A stretch of 63,962 nucleotides of DNA, filler included, from Gonapodya sp. JEL0774 (GCA_027604505.1; 4 parts of 4 records of this genome joined end to end with filler, not necessarily neighbours in it), one strand, 5' to 3'; counted from the whole stretch's first letter, positions 40,401 through 53,662 are shown. The notes: generated by a model not told the origin, from the sequence alone. Numbers and translations are program-made.

Positions 40401-41374
40401 TGTGAATATACCCGTTCGTCTGTTTCAGTGTAAGGAATACTGCTGTGGCCTGACTGGCTCAAGGGACAGGTCGTTCACCATCCGCCTTCACCACAACAAT
40501 TGTCCCTATCCCATGGGCGTCATTTTCGTACGCAGTCGCTGGTAGATGTATGAACACTGTGAACAGGTGGTTTTGAACAGAGGAAAGACAGAGTCCAAGT
40601 CTCGGATATGATTCTGACATGGTACGTACATATGTGTGCATACTCATTAATGGACACAGGAATGCTCTGAAAAGATGGAGTTATGCTATTGGCTGCACAT
40701 AAGCTTTGCCTAGTGCACACGTTCAATTATCCAATAATCCTCTGTGACATTATCTCAATGAGAGTGATCCAAGGTTGTGGATGATCATATGGTGGAAGCC
40801 GGAACAGGCCGGAACTGTTTCTGTTATGTATTACTTACTTATATACTGCGGGCGACTTTTGCTTCCAACTGCACGCGACAGAAGAGTCTACAAATGGTTA
40901 TATTTACCGCCTATATCTATCCATGGGTCTCAGACGGTGTTCAATTCTGTGACTGAGCAAATGGCAGTTTTTCCGGGGGAACAGCCGAGGCAACAGGAAC
41001 AGAGAGGTGACCTCTCTCCCGGAACAGGTGGTGAAAATATGAACACATTACTGTCCTCCTGTGTGTAGGCTATTTTAGTGTCAATGGGTTCTCGGGCAAG
41101 GTAAGACTTCATTGCTTGGTCGAAAAATGAATAATACTGTATAACTCAATTGAGAAGGTGGGATGGTGGAGGGTTTGGGATGGCGCCACACGCATCCCGA
41201 ACTCAGAAACCCTCCGATTTCACAGCGTCCCAAAAAGCGACCTCTTGGCTTGCAACTGTCAAGCCCCGTTTTTTAGCTTGGTCGAAAAAGCATCGAAGCG
41301 AATCCGGCCACGACGCACATCGTGCCACCTGAGCCCACTTGTTCCACTCCGCAGCCCCTCCACAATCCTTCGCG

Positions 41375-42337
41375 ATGCAGTCGCTCGCAGCGCTCCCCGA
41401 GCCCGGCCCACCTCCTGGCAAAACGGAGGGCCTCGGCGACCTAGATTTGGAGTCCATCATGCCTCCTGTAGACGCTTTCCTCATCAAGTCGATCGAAATG
41501 GGCGACCTGGCGGGCACAAGGGAGGCGTTGGCTGCTGGCGCGGACCCGAACGCTAGAAAGACAGTCGTGCTAGGGTGCACCGTGTATGGGGAGACGCAGA
41601 CGACCAAGAGTTGGTTCAAAGGCGAAGTCAAGGAGAAGGGGAAAGGGACTCGAGCAATACGGTATAGAGCGGTGCATGGCGAGAGCGCACTTGCACTGGC
41701 AGTCCTGGGGGACTCTGTGGAAGCTGCGGACTTACTAATTCGGTACGGCGCCAACCCTAACTTGCCCGTGGAGTGGCACATCATTCGGAGTCGGGATGTT
41801 TGGACAAACGAGCTGTGGCAGGAGGTGGTGGAAGAGGGCCGGTGGGATGTCACGATGACGGCGGCTAACGCATTGGACTTAGCCGTCGGAAAGCTAGAGG
41901 CAACTGATGCCAAAGGGGAGAGGGCGACTGTGGTGCAGCTGCTGGCAAATAAGGGGGAGCTGTGGATTAACAAAGAAGGCGGCCTCGTCACGCTCATCAA
42001 CCCCGCCGCGGACGAAACTTTCCAGACATTGCGAACAGCAATAGATAGGGATGTTGTGGATCTGCTGATTTTCTCTGGGGCACGAGTGACGGATGGCGCC
42101 CGAGATATTGCGGGCATCTCTCAAAACTACGGGCTCATCGAAGTTCTTGAGAGCGCCGCGGCACGCCAAGCCCAAGGCCTGGATGCAAGTAACAGTCCCA
42201 TATCCGAGAGTGTGAGCACAGGAGAGACGATGAACTCGCTAACGTCAAGCTCCAAAAACGGGTACGAAAGCAGCAGATCAGGGAAGGGGTCAGCCGTTCG
42301 ATTCACCGACAATCTGGAAGAACATTATTTCCGATAA
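41375..42337 (+). CDS. Ankyrin-repeat protein, single exon
   Basis: LIKSIEMGDLAGTREALAAGADPNA, GESALALAVLGDSVEAADLLIRYGANPN, and VVDLLIFSGARV. Confidence 0.85.
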   Translation: MQSLAALPEPGPPPGKTEGLGDLDLESIMPPVDAFLIKSIEMGDLAGTREALAAGADPNARKTVVLGCTVYGETQTTKSWFKGEVKEKGKGTRAIRYRAVHGESALALAVLGDSVEAADLLIRYGANPNLPVEWHIIRSRDVWTNELWQEVVEEGRWDVTMTAANALDLAVGKLEATDAKGERATVVQLLANKGELWINKEGGLVTLINPAADETFQTLRTAIDRDVVDLLIFSGARVTDGARDIAGISQNYGLIEVLESAAARQAQGLDASNSPISESVSTGETMNSLTSSSKNGYESSRSGKGSAVRFTDNLEEHYFR

Positions 42338-42656
42338 TGGCTGGTGGGTAGGGTGATGTTTTGACACTCGGTGGCTCGAGGACACTGTCATGGACGATTT
42401 GTTACATACCCTTTGTTGTAAATCTTTGGGCTTGTGGGAGTTACGCGCCATTGTACACTGAGACATATTTTTATGAGATAAATGATAATCGTCCCTTCTC
42501 TTTTGTTGACCTGTGCGTGCAGTCTGTGGATGGCGGAAAAATGTCAGGTGATTCTTCTCCACAGAAGAATTGTACGGCAACGCTCCCTGAGCGTTCCGTG
42601 CGTGGTTTATTATGTAAAGTCCTCCAACAGGAGTCCCGACAAACTGTTGTCACCCC

Positions 42657-44484
42657 ATGTGGAGGCTGTCTTCGCAAGTTCAATCGTGCAGGTGGCTCCG
42701 AACATACTCCACACCATACCGCCAGATGCCGGCATCACGGAGTGGGAAGCGCGGGAAGAGCTCTTTTACACACTACGGCGTGCAGATTGGGCGCGAGAAG
42801 GGTGTTTACACGACTTGGTAAGCGGTGTATGCTGTGTCCGATTTGGAGTCGCCCACTCTCGCGATTGCACCTCACAATCCTATTTTCCAGGAGCGAATGT
42901 GAGAGTCAAGTGAAGGGATACAGGGCAGCCAGATTCCAGGGATTTCACTCGTACGAAGCAGCGCACTCGTTTGCTTTCGGAGAACACCCTCCAGCCGTAC
43001 AACCAGTAAACCCAACCCAACCCGCCTTACCATCTGCCTCGGTGTACGTTGATGGTCGACCGACGACACCTGCCTACGTTCCTGCCCCCATCCCGAACTC
43101 ACCGCCGCCCCCTTATTATGACGCTCTTTCTGCGTTCATACCACCGCCCGCCCCACTTCCGCCGACCTCCCCAAACTCGCCCATTCGTGTCAGTACTTCG
43201 CCTCAGGAGGCGCTTCGCTCTCCGATCAGGGAACCACAGGACGACGAGGATGATTATTGGGGTGACTTGGCGGACGAGGACTTTCCTGACCCGGACACTT
43301 TAATCCCATCCCCGCCTCCCCGCATACTACACTTTTCCAAAACAGGAACTGGAGTCAGTCACTCTGACCTTAACCACAAACACAATCGGCGTCGTCCGCC
43401 ACAGCCACTCCCCGATCGCCCTCCCGACACTGTCGAGATGCACGCACCGACCGAATGGCCATCTTCGCCACCTGCGAATATCAGTGTCTCCCCTATACCC
43501 GGCTCAGAAAGATGTGACTTTGCACACATTCCCCAAGTACAACCCAGCCACGCTTCCTCCAGCGAACCATCACGCCACGCTTTTCCCTCTGAGCAACAGC
43601 CATTAGGTCAGCACGTGTCGTCGAACACCTCTTCGACTTTGGTTCAACAGGTCTCCAAGCCACTTCCACCCACCGAGCTGTCTTACCACTGGAAAAAACC
43701 TACGCGCATGGGACGCGACCCGTTTCCAGCCACCCCGACCCACCAAGAGAGGCGGAACACTACAGTTGCAGGAAGTTATATAGTATATGCTGATGGCAGC
43801 TGCCTAAACAACGGCAGGTCTGATGCCAGGGCCGGTGTTGGTGTCTTTTGGGGTGAAAACGATACTCGCAATGTCGCCGAGCGCCTTCTGGGCCCGAGAC
43901 AAACAAATCAGCGCGCTGAGCTCATGGTGAGCTTTGCATTAACTGCGCGTGCAACGTGGATCGGGAATAATCGGTTACGTCACCGGCACTTACTCCCCCC
44001 CTTCCGCACTCCTGATCGTGAAAGGCAATTATTCGGGCAATAGAGGGCGCTCCGGACGACGATTGTATCCTCGAAATTCGAACTGACAGCAGTTACTCCA
44101 TAAATGTGAGTGAGCATGGTTGATCTCTTCAAATTCAAAAACAATATTTTGACAAGTTCCTACGTCGTTCTGTGAAACACTCCTTCATGCAAGTGCGCCA
44201 CGTTATGGCTTCCAAAGTGGCGTAAAGACGGCTACTTAGAGCCCAACAATACAAAGTTGGAAAACCGGGATCTGGTTGTGCGCATCGTTGAATTAATGGA
44301 TGCCCGAAAAGGCCCGGTCCGATTCGTAAGTCTTGCGATAGCTGCTCCACAGATTACACAGCAATCTCTTATGGCCATCTCCCACATGCTTTAGATAAAA
44401 GTTGCAGGCCACTCTGGTGAATATGGCAATGAACGAGCGGATGGCCTTGCGAATCTTGGAGCCCGAAGGCCTCTACCTTTGTGA
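42657..44484 (+). CDS. RNH1: Ribonuclease H1 with N-terminal hybrid-binding domain, multi-exon
   Basis: Hybrid-binding domain HYGVQIGREKGVYTTW|SECESQVKGYRAARFQGF. Catalytic domain VYADGSCLNNG...AGVGVFWG...QTNQRAEL...EIRTDSSYSIN...ENRDL...KVAGHSGEYGNERADGLA with D-E-D-D intact. Confidence 0.93.
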
Positions 44485-45396
44485 ACCTTTCACGATAAGA
44501 GCTCCTATTCTAGCGCTTTTGATAGACGGGATCAACAAGCAAAACACGATCGACGATCAGGACCGGCGCATGTGCGAGTCTGATCAGTAAGAGCACAATC
44601 ACTCAATGTTCAACCATCTCTGGAAGCAGATTATGTGTCGCGAAGACCACGTGCTCCTGAGCTCATTTGTAACTCCTTGTGTGTTTGTACTGATACGTAA
44701 TGCATCAATTGTCCCTTCCCATAATTCTTTGGACGCCCTGGTCCACAACAAGGACTAGATTGCTGCGCTTTTGAAACCATCTCGGCTGCTTTTAGGCGAG
44801 AGCGAAAAGTGTTGCATTGTGCAGGAAAGCTGGCGTCGAGGCCGGCGTTCCACAACGACACGACCACGAATTGGAATGCACACAACCGCGGTTTATGGGT
44901 AACAAGGCAGACCCCGGAATTATTCTCGAAAAAGGAGTGCATAGAGCTTCAACCCCAATATTTTCATCGCAGACCCTCCCACGTCGGAAGAGGAGGATGG
45001 AGAGAGGTGAAGAATCGAGTCTTGGATGCAAGTATCTAGATGTCACGTTCAGATTCTGGCACCCCCAAAACTTGCCCACATAGCATAACAATGTGGAATG
45101 AAACTAAAAACATCAGATCATGAACGCCTCTGGCAACGTCGCCCCTTGCATCAAGTCCCCAGGCACAACCTTCTGCAAGGAGGAGCATCACAAGTTCCTT
45201 ATTTTGGATGCACACGAATGCGAAAGACTGCAAGCTACAAAGAGCAAGCCCTGCAGAGCACCGAGAACCTTCCCGTCGTTCAGCTTGTAACGATAGGACA
45301 ACGAAAGATCCCCGAATCAGGGATACATTGGGTTCACTGATACCAACAGGTACTCATTGAATGGCATAATATCTGTCCCGCTTTTGCTTCACACGT

Positions 45397-47248
45397 TTAT
45401 ACTTTCAGCGGTTGTTCCAATCTCTCCACACTCTCCACAAACGCCAGCATAATTCTGGAACAGGCCCTCGAACAGTTAAAATAAAATCTACCGGGATCAA
45501 AAAGGTCACACTCACCTCGCCGCACGTTCATCAGTCATCCCACCTCCTGCATTGAGCTTGGTTGGCGCGTAACTCACAGCACACTGGCGAAAACGGTCCC
45601 ACTGGAGTATGGATCCGCCAAGTCCATCCCATCCTGACCAGCACCATCCATCGCCCTTCCACTCCTCAGGAACGTAAGGGCGGGGCGCACCAGACGAGAG
45701 GTCGATACGCAAGTTCGGAATTTTGGAGCCAGGTCGAGATTCGGCCCAACCCCCAATGCATGAGCGAATCGGCGCGAATGCAATAGCATCTGCGGAATGA
45801 GGTGTTCACGAGGTTCACTTAAGGGAGAGAGACAAACAGAATTGACTTACCTGGCGTGTCGAGGTTGCGAGGGTCAACTTGGTGTGCACTGGCATGCGTG
45901 TCATGGTTCATGACGTCCAGAACATCCACAGCACCTCCCATGGCCATTACGTTGGCAAATGCAGCGAGCTAGTGTGCCAATAGGAACGAGATATGTGCCG
46001 TTCACGTTAAAACGGACGAATCGGAACACTTCGCACTTACACCTGCAGCGTTGGTGACAGTATATGCAGAAGAGGTCTGCCCTCGGAGTACGTCGAGGAC
46101 ATTGCTTTGCATCCCGGCATCCTCTTCAGGCTCTGAAGCTCCAACAACAGTTGTTTTCTTAGTCACCGGAAGTGTCGGAGGGAGTGACTTGATAGAATTG
46201 AACATGTCCAGCAATTCGGGAGTAAAGTGGACACGACAGAACCGATCGTCTCTGATAATGTGAGAGGCGTCATGTGATATTAGGCTGAGCGCCAGGTGAT
46301 CAACTGCCGTTGATACTCACTCAGACTTAGGAAGTCCCACGAACACTTCCACACCAAGCTTCGCACCCCATGTGCGCATGAGATCAGCGTGAGTAGTACC
46401 AAGCGTACGCCTGATGACTGTGGTACCAAATGAGCGTGCAATTTCGCTTGCACAGTGAGTGGAACTGGGAAACCCACTCTCGTTCACAAACCACCCTCTA
46501 ATCGAGGGCAAATACTGAGGTGAGACCGAAACTACCCAGAGCAAATCTCTTCATCGTGACTCACCGTGTCAATGCATGATAGCTTTTAGTGAGCTTACCC
46601 CCAAAGTTATGTGGTTGCGCTTCAATCCTCCTTGCGAGTGCGTCCAGGTTACACAGTTCTTCTACGCGTGGCCAGTGTGGTTCATTCAGCCACCCGACAC
46701 CAGCTTGATGAGTCATCAGGTCCTGTTCTCATGGGCAAAGGTATGTGATGAGTTATACAGGTAAAATGGTAAGAGACACACAAGAGAACAGACCTTGACC
46801 AGCACATCACTCTTTCCCCCGGTCGCAAAACCCGGCCACACGTCAGAGATCCGTTGATCATATTTCAACAAGCCATGGGACACGACGTGTGCCACAGAAA
46901 TCCCCTCCAGGGGTTTCGCCGCCGAGTGCACAGTGTAGACAGACTGTGCCGAGAATGGAGTCGAACGCGTATTGTCTGTCCAACCACCCACCAGGTCGAC
47001 GACCTTTTTGCCCTTATCTGTAGGTGGGATCAAAGGCAAAAGTGTGGGGAGGCGTGGTCAAGGAAGGAAATCGGGAGATGCGGATAAAGTATGCCGATCC
47101 ACCAAACGAGGTTCGATCGCAAACGCTCACAGTATACTGTAACTCCCGCGCCAATCTCTGCATCTTCCTCAAATCCTTTCTTGAAAGCGATGGCAACCGC
47201 CTCAAACCTTTGGTCTGCGAAACCAACGATGTTGTAGTTGCCCAACAT
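45397..47248 (-). CDS. Beta-lactamase/class C serine hydrolase family protein, multi-exon
   Basis: GFADQRFEAVAIAF...GAGVTVY, VVDLVGG, SxxK in VHSAAKP, DVWPGF, DLMTHQAGV, YHALT and GLGGSILQWD. The start may lie further upstream. Confidence 0.85.
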
Positions 47249-47876
47249 TTGTCGCAAAGCTGTGGACTAGGTGTGATGTTGACATGGCCGAACTGTGGCG
47301 GAACTTTCTGTAACCTTTTATGTATCGTGTATGCGGCAATATTATGCATTTAGGCGGATGTGTATGCTCTGTCGTATGCTCATGAAGTACAATGTTGTGG
47401 TCGTGGACTTTAGCCAGCATGATCATGAGGTTCACAGTCAATGACGGGAGACGAATTGAGCGCTTTTAGAAATTGAAGTTATGTAGTTCTGGCGAAGGGT
47501 TGTACTTGCTGTCTGAAGTTCCCCCCATTGGTTCGAAATCCCAATTCTGATCCACCGAGGTTTCTCCCACTCATGACTCAGTCTAGTAAAGGTCTACTTC
47601 GATATCGACGGAAGATTTTTAACATACGAAGCTCCCCAGCATGGATGATGTAAGATTGAGTTGTTGTTCCGAGCTCGCCCTCTTGTAGTTTCCAGTGAGG
47701 GCTCCTTGGTTTTCAATGAAGAAATCATTGGGACCCTTGAGACAATTATGTGTCTTGCGGCTTCTGAGTTGTGGATGGGGCAGTGTGCGTCTGGCTGTGG
47801 TGGTGAGGCCACACACACAAGCAGGCAGAGGAGCAAATACTGTATCACCGCCAGAACCGCAACCCACCAACGCCCG

Positions 47877-50277
47877 ATGCCGACGATGCAGCGCCATATT
47901 CAGAAACGAGCGGGGCCATCGAGATTTGCTATTTTTCTTTGCTTTCTACTGTGGTCTCAATATCGCCCCGGTGGGGATGCCCAGTCGGCCAAGTCCGCAT
48001 CTGGATGCAGTTGCACATCACAGTGTTACACGGGCGTCGTCGCTGCCGACGTTGTAAGTTCAGTCTTGTTCTGCATTTGCTTTTTCTTCACGGTCCCTTG
48101 GTGGCAACTGGTGTTTATTTGGATGGTAGTGGTGCTTTGTAGATGACAGTAGCTGTGTGGGGTTTTCTCCACCTGCTCGGGACTTATTCACGGGGCGAGG
48201 GTACGACGCATGCTTACCTGTGAGTGAAATTTCAGTATCCATCCCCAGGATTCTCTGATGGGTGTTCCAACACGATGTGCGGGCGTCCATTAGGGCGCCT
48301 CCTCGACACCATATCCAACCACTTTCGGTCGCTCTGCCCTCGCTTCGACTAGCTCGGGCGTCTCCGTCACTGACCCTCTCTCCGTTGCCACTCCCGTTGT
48401 GACTTTTACGTCACCCCAAGCCTCTTCTGCCTCCTCTTCCCGTTCTCTGGCTTCTTCCTCGCTAACGTCCGCTTCTCTGACATCACTCCCATCTACCTCC
48501 GTATCTTCTTTAACATCGACCTTTGGCTCTTCTCCCGTTTCTGTCTCCACGACCTCCACATCACCGGTTCTGCTGGGAACTTTACCTCCTCCTTCTCTTT
48601 CTGATTCCTCGTCCTCGTCCTCTTCTTCCTCCTCCACCCTCTCCACTGCCGCGATCAGCGGAATCGCAGCTGGTGGCGGTGTGCTCCTCATAGCCATCAT
48701 TGTCGGAGTGGCGGTCGGTGTCAGGAGGAAGAATAAAAAGGTTGGATATGGTTTTGGTTTTGGCAAGGAAGGGCGTGAGGGTGTGAGGAGAGGATTACTA
48801 GATAGCGAGGAGGAGAGAGTGAGTGCTCCAATTTTAAAATTTGTCTTGGCGCTGAACCAGAGAAGGGGAAGAAGTCGGCAACGAGCAGCACAATCAGTGA
48901 CAGTTATCCCAACAGCCAGTCCACCTTTCGAACATGAGCAGCCGGAATACATGTATCTGGCGAGTGTTGAGGCGGTGTGGATGCGACTGGCGTCAGGCCT
49001 GCGGTTTGGGAATTGTTCAAAGGTCGGATATGGGTGAAATGGAAAGCTCACAGATCGCCAGACTTAAAACTGACGTGGAATCGCTCCACGGATACCGATC
49101 TTGTTGCAAATTTGGGAGCCGGCGTGCTTTCTGCTATTTTCTGAAACAAAGTTGGAGATTGGAAACTGTCTGCGGAGTCACGTAAACTTTGCTGGCAAAT
49201 AATGATAACGGTTTTGAGCCGGATTGATCCCCTCTACGTCAGCGGTGGTGGAAGCTGTTCAGGGCCGGTTCCGACCCCTCTCACTTCTATCCTCACCTAC
49301 ACCTCCGTCGAACGCAGGTCCTCCTCTCCCCAACTCACTACCCCTCCCCAAACGTGGAACCTCCCGTGGTGACACTCGACTTACCGAGTCCCTTTGCATT
49401 CCACGCGTCTCTGAATCGTGGGGCGACTGATTCGAGCAATGGAACCAATTTGGATGAGGACCCGGGATCGGCTGGAAGAAATAGGGACTTCGTTAGCCCA
49501 ATATCACCGCTTCCCCCTCCAGCGTCTGTTTCGTCGTCTATTGAACGATCGGAGTCAGACCAGGGCACGAGCTCTGGTATCACAACGGGAGCTGAAGCGA
49601 GCCCAGGCAGACAGGGACCCGTGCCCACCCCAACGGTCTTCACTTTCACCCACGCCTTTGGCCTCAATCGCACGTCAACTGCATCCACCAATACCTCGGT
49701 TCGCACCCCGACTCTTCCCCTCTCATCACCGATCTCATTTTCTTCCCCGCTGCGTTCCTCAACACAGTCCTCCGGGCTATTTGCCCGGATCGCTACAATT
49801 CCTCCACCACCCACAGATGCTCCTCCGCCACCTCCGCTTCCACCGCCACACGCTATCCCTCAGCCACTTCATCAAATCCCTAGTGCTTCTCCTGTGGCAC
49901 AATCTGAAGCTCAGCAGAGAAACGCCTACTATGTCCCCCCGACCGCAATCCTTCCCTCCTCTCTCCGAGGTCCCGCACCCCCGCCCCCTCGCAACCAATC
50001 CATGCGTCCCAGTGCAGCGGCACTACATGCATCGAGTAATGCAGAATTGGAACAGGGGAATCAGAGCGATGGGATCGCGGCAGCCTTACCCACCAATCGC
50101 GTCGGAGGAAACGGAAGCGGAAGTGCGAGTGGAGGTGCATCCACAAACAGGAGTAATAATGAACCCACCTCCACCACGACCACACCCTCGTTGTCTTACC
50201 CATCTCATGCGAGACCTCTTCCAGCCACTTTTGATCCGCCCCGGTGGGAAGTACAACCGCCGCCAAGAGGAGCGTAG
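47877..50277 (+). CDS. Single-pass Mid2/Wsc-like surface protein with a small Cys module, Ser/Thr stalk and Pro-rich tail
   Basis: Signal-like FAIFLCFLLW; CSCTSQC...|WCFVDDSSC...YDAC; a long Ser/Thr tract; TM AAISGIAAGGGVLLIAIIVGVAVGV followed by RRKNKK; Pro-rich last exon ending at 50277. Confidence 0.75.
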
Positions 50278-50739
50278 CCGGTGTGACCCGTGCTTTGGAG
50301 TAGCTGGGAGGAAGGAAGCGTTGGTGGAACCGACTCTACCGGCATTGTGCTGTGGGCAGGTGAACTTGTTTCTCTCTTTCATGACTTCCACGTCCACACA
50401 TGTTGCCAAATTTCTTGGCCGATAAAGATTCTGTTGCTCGAGTCAGAAGACTGCACCAGTCGCAATGGTTCTATGAGGGCATTGGTGACTGGTTCGGGTG
50501 TGCATTTTGGTGTGATCAATTAACTGACACTATAACGTTATTTGTAGATAGTTGTTGCCATCCTCCTTTGTGAACGCCCGCTATTATGTATGTGTATTCC
50601 TGAATAGCTCTCGTGTACTATGTAGACTACCATCTTTTCAACGATTATTGCACATCTGACATCTGACTCCTACATCGGAATGCAATCGTACTTCTAGTTC
50701 AAATAGGGAGAAGGATTAGAAAAGTAGAACTTAGGCTGC

Positions 50740-53562
50740 TTGCAGCTCCTCACTTCATGCTCTTCCTCCTGTCCGGCAAGCTGTCTTTGATGCCCACGGG
50801 AGTCGCACAGTTCACCGGCTTAGCAAAGTTTTTTGCATCGTTGGCGTTTTTACTGGCGAGGAAGGACAATGGGTACCAAACAGGGGTGATTGGACTCTTT
50901 GCAGTGGTGGGATGGGAGGGGGGGGGGGAGGTTTGTGTACTGCGCCGAGTGTGGGGTGGATTGCGGATAGGATGGCTGTGGCCACAGCTGGTTAGGGGGC
51001 ACTGGGGGGTGTTTGTTGGTGTGGTGGGCAGGCAGGGGTGTTGTCTACTCCGACCCATCAATTCTCCACCATGTTCTACCCTCTTCCCCATATCCCACTG
51101 CTAGATGGAATTCACCTGGGCCTCCTCCTTTTAGTGTACAGAAGGATCCAACCCAAGTGAAACTATGTTTTGTGGGGGTGAAACTGCCACGAAACTTGTT
51201 CAGTGGGCTCTAGGTCCAGCGGGTCTATGCCAAACCTCCAATTCCAGTTGGCTTGCTGAGCTCCACCCTGTTTGAGAAGCCGCAGTTATTCACTGCCTTT
51301 GTTTACTTGAGGACGCTGCAAATACATAAGGTGGACTCTACCACTCTTATCATTGTCTAGTGTGCTGTCAAGAAAGTCCTCTCACACTTTCAATCCCACC
51401 TCCCTCTCCCAATTGGACAATGGCGGGAGCTCGTACCAATGATACCGACTCTCCTCCTTCTGTTTCCGAGCGTGCACTCGCACAGGATTCCTGTTGTTGT
51501 ACACCACTTCCACAGGGCCAGTACTGTCCTTGGATAAGAGAGAAGCCGTGCCTGGTTGTCCCACTTGTCAAAGTCAAAATTGACTCCTTTTGACTTGATG
51601 ACAGGGTACTGCAGTGCCAGTCACTAACCCATAGTCTCTTGCATCAATATGTTCACATTGTCCGACACATTGTGGAGGAACTCGGTGTGCAAACTCGACG
51701 TGTTCATTCTCATTATGGCTGTGTGTACATCAGAATTCATTTTCCAAACCATCACACAAGCAAAACACAAAAAAAAAGCACGAACCCATCTCTGATGAAT
51801 CTCACATGGGTATCTTTGTCTGAATCCTGCCTCCAGCTTGTCAACGACTTCCAGGTATTCCGGTCCTGGTCGTGGAGTGAGGTCTTTCACTTGCCACCAC
51901 AAAGCCTACAAGGGTAAGCAAATGTATCTGTGAGTTGGGCAAACACCTGCTACTGATGGGGAACTTACTTTCTGCCATTTGACGTTCTCCACCTTAGCAT
52001 CAATTGTCTGCTTGCACACCTTCATATCATTGACAGGAAGCTGGTCAGCAAGAGGAGGCATTCACACATGGTACCCTTCAAGGCGGAGCCACAGAAGTTT
52101 CACAGCTGCCAACACCCAGTAGTGGCCCGTTCTGAATGATGTAGCCATTGCTTTGTGTCCCAGTCTATGTAACCTGGCCTTGCTCAGAGTGGAGTGCACT
52201 GAGAACAAATTGATTAAACAAGAGCATGTGGAAGCACTGGTTCTCCTTACTTGTGCCTTGGCCATAAATGAGGGGAGGGAGAGGGCTCACAGCAGCAAAA
52301 TCCCTCTTTTTTGGTAAAGACAAGGAGGGAGGCATTGGCTGCGATAGGATTCAATTGTGCAGGTTGGTTTCAGCAGTCATTTGTTGCCGTTCCTATTTTG
52401 GATGCTGAGGGTTTACAGCTGTGGCGGTGTTCTCATATGGAGCGGCTGTAATTTTGATTCGCACGATATTTTTTTCTCAGACCTTCTAATTTTGATTCCA
52501 AAGTCCTCCTCTTGCATTGGGATTAGAATGGAATGCCCTTTATAAAAGTTCACTCAACATACAATATAGACTCAATTTCACCAATACAATTGTATGTGGT
52601 GCATCTTGTTCATGTTTTAGACTCAAAATCATTCAGGTATCATACACACCTTCACCGTTGGGTTGTGGTGTTTGGCCAGTCCAGTCCAAGATTCCCCCTC
52701 TTCTGTGGTCCGTGTCACCATATTTCCAACTGCCTCACAAACACACTGTGTGACTCCACGATCACACAATTGCTAGTGGCAAACCGCCAACTGACTCTTG
52801 CAAGAAACTTGAGGTTCCCACTCACCATCCTGACTTTCATGTCCACTCACCCCAAGTGGCCCGAAACTTGTGGCCAGAGGTTTGGAGTAGTCGACTGGTG
52901 GATGCAGTTGTCCCCTAAGAAAGAATGAACTAGGATGGCCAAGAGACCATCTGCACAGTTAGAAAGACCTCCTGCACCAAATTGGGAGACACGAAACGTA
53001 CCTTCCTCTCATTGAAACATCCAGCAATGGGGGACTTTCATGTTGACAGTGGTGCTTACCCATTCGGAGATGTTGCGAGCCAACCATGACATGTATGTGA
53101 AGGTAGACGGGACTAAGTGCAGTTTGATTGAAATGGAGGTGGGTTGGGGAAAAGTCTGCACTGTGGAGACGGGTAGGGTACATAGGGATGTTGGGTTTGG
53201 GTTGGGCCAGAACCAAAAGTTGTTTAATAGGGTGTCGTGTACGTGTACAGCCCAAAACTGACCCCCTCTGATCTGCCCAAAAACTTTTCTGAACAAGGAA
53301 ACCATATATAGAAATGCTGTTGGGGTGGCTGGCTGGTCTCCAGGAACTCTGTGGGGGTCTGGAATTTGTCCCCTGACAGGCGCAAACTTTGTTCAAGCAC
53401 CAGCCTGACACCCACACATGATTGTAACAATCCTCAGGATTTCTGGACAAGGAAACCACATATGGAAAAGCTAATGGAGCAATTAGATTGTTGCCAGGAT
53501 GCCTGTGTGGAGCTGGAATTTGTCCCCTCGCCACACCACATGGCCCTCAGGTCAGCATGCAT
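50740..53562 (-). pseudogene. CpG-poor decayed coding or repeat-derived region
   Basis: Visibly few CG and many TG/CA dinucleotides. Minus-strand protein-like frames are broken by TGA/TAA (e.g. WEREVGLKV*EDFLDSTL; HCKESNHPC...RCKKLC*AGELC). Runs into the contig end. Confidence 0.5.
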
Positions 53563-53662
53563 NNNNNNNNNNNNNNNNNNNNNNNNNNNNNNNNNNNNNN
53601 NNNNNNTTAATTAATTAANNNNNNNNNNNNNNNNNNNNNNNNNNNNNNNNNNNNNNNNNNNN
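53563..53662. other. Artificial contig linker
   Basis: N44-TTAATTAATTAA-N44. Confidence 0.97.

Noticed and set aside
42657..44484. RNase H as part of a retrotransposon
   Set aside because: It has introns and a hybrid-binding domain, with no adjacent RT, integrase or LTR, so it is cellular RNase H1.
45397..47248. Bacterial contamination or a recently transferred antibiotic-resistance gene
   Set aside because: It has many spliceosomal introns and belongs to a family common in fungi.
52430..52520. TLESKLEGLRKKYR (minus strand) as a Myb/SANT-like Harbinger protein
   Set aside because: An isolated short match with no DDE transposase visible nearby.
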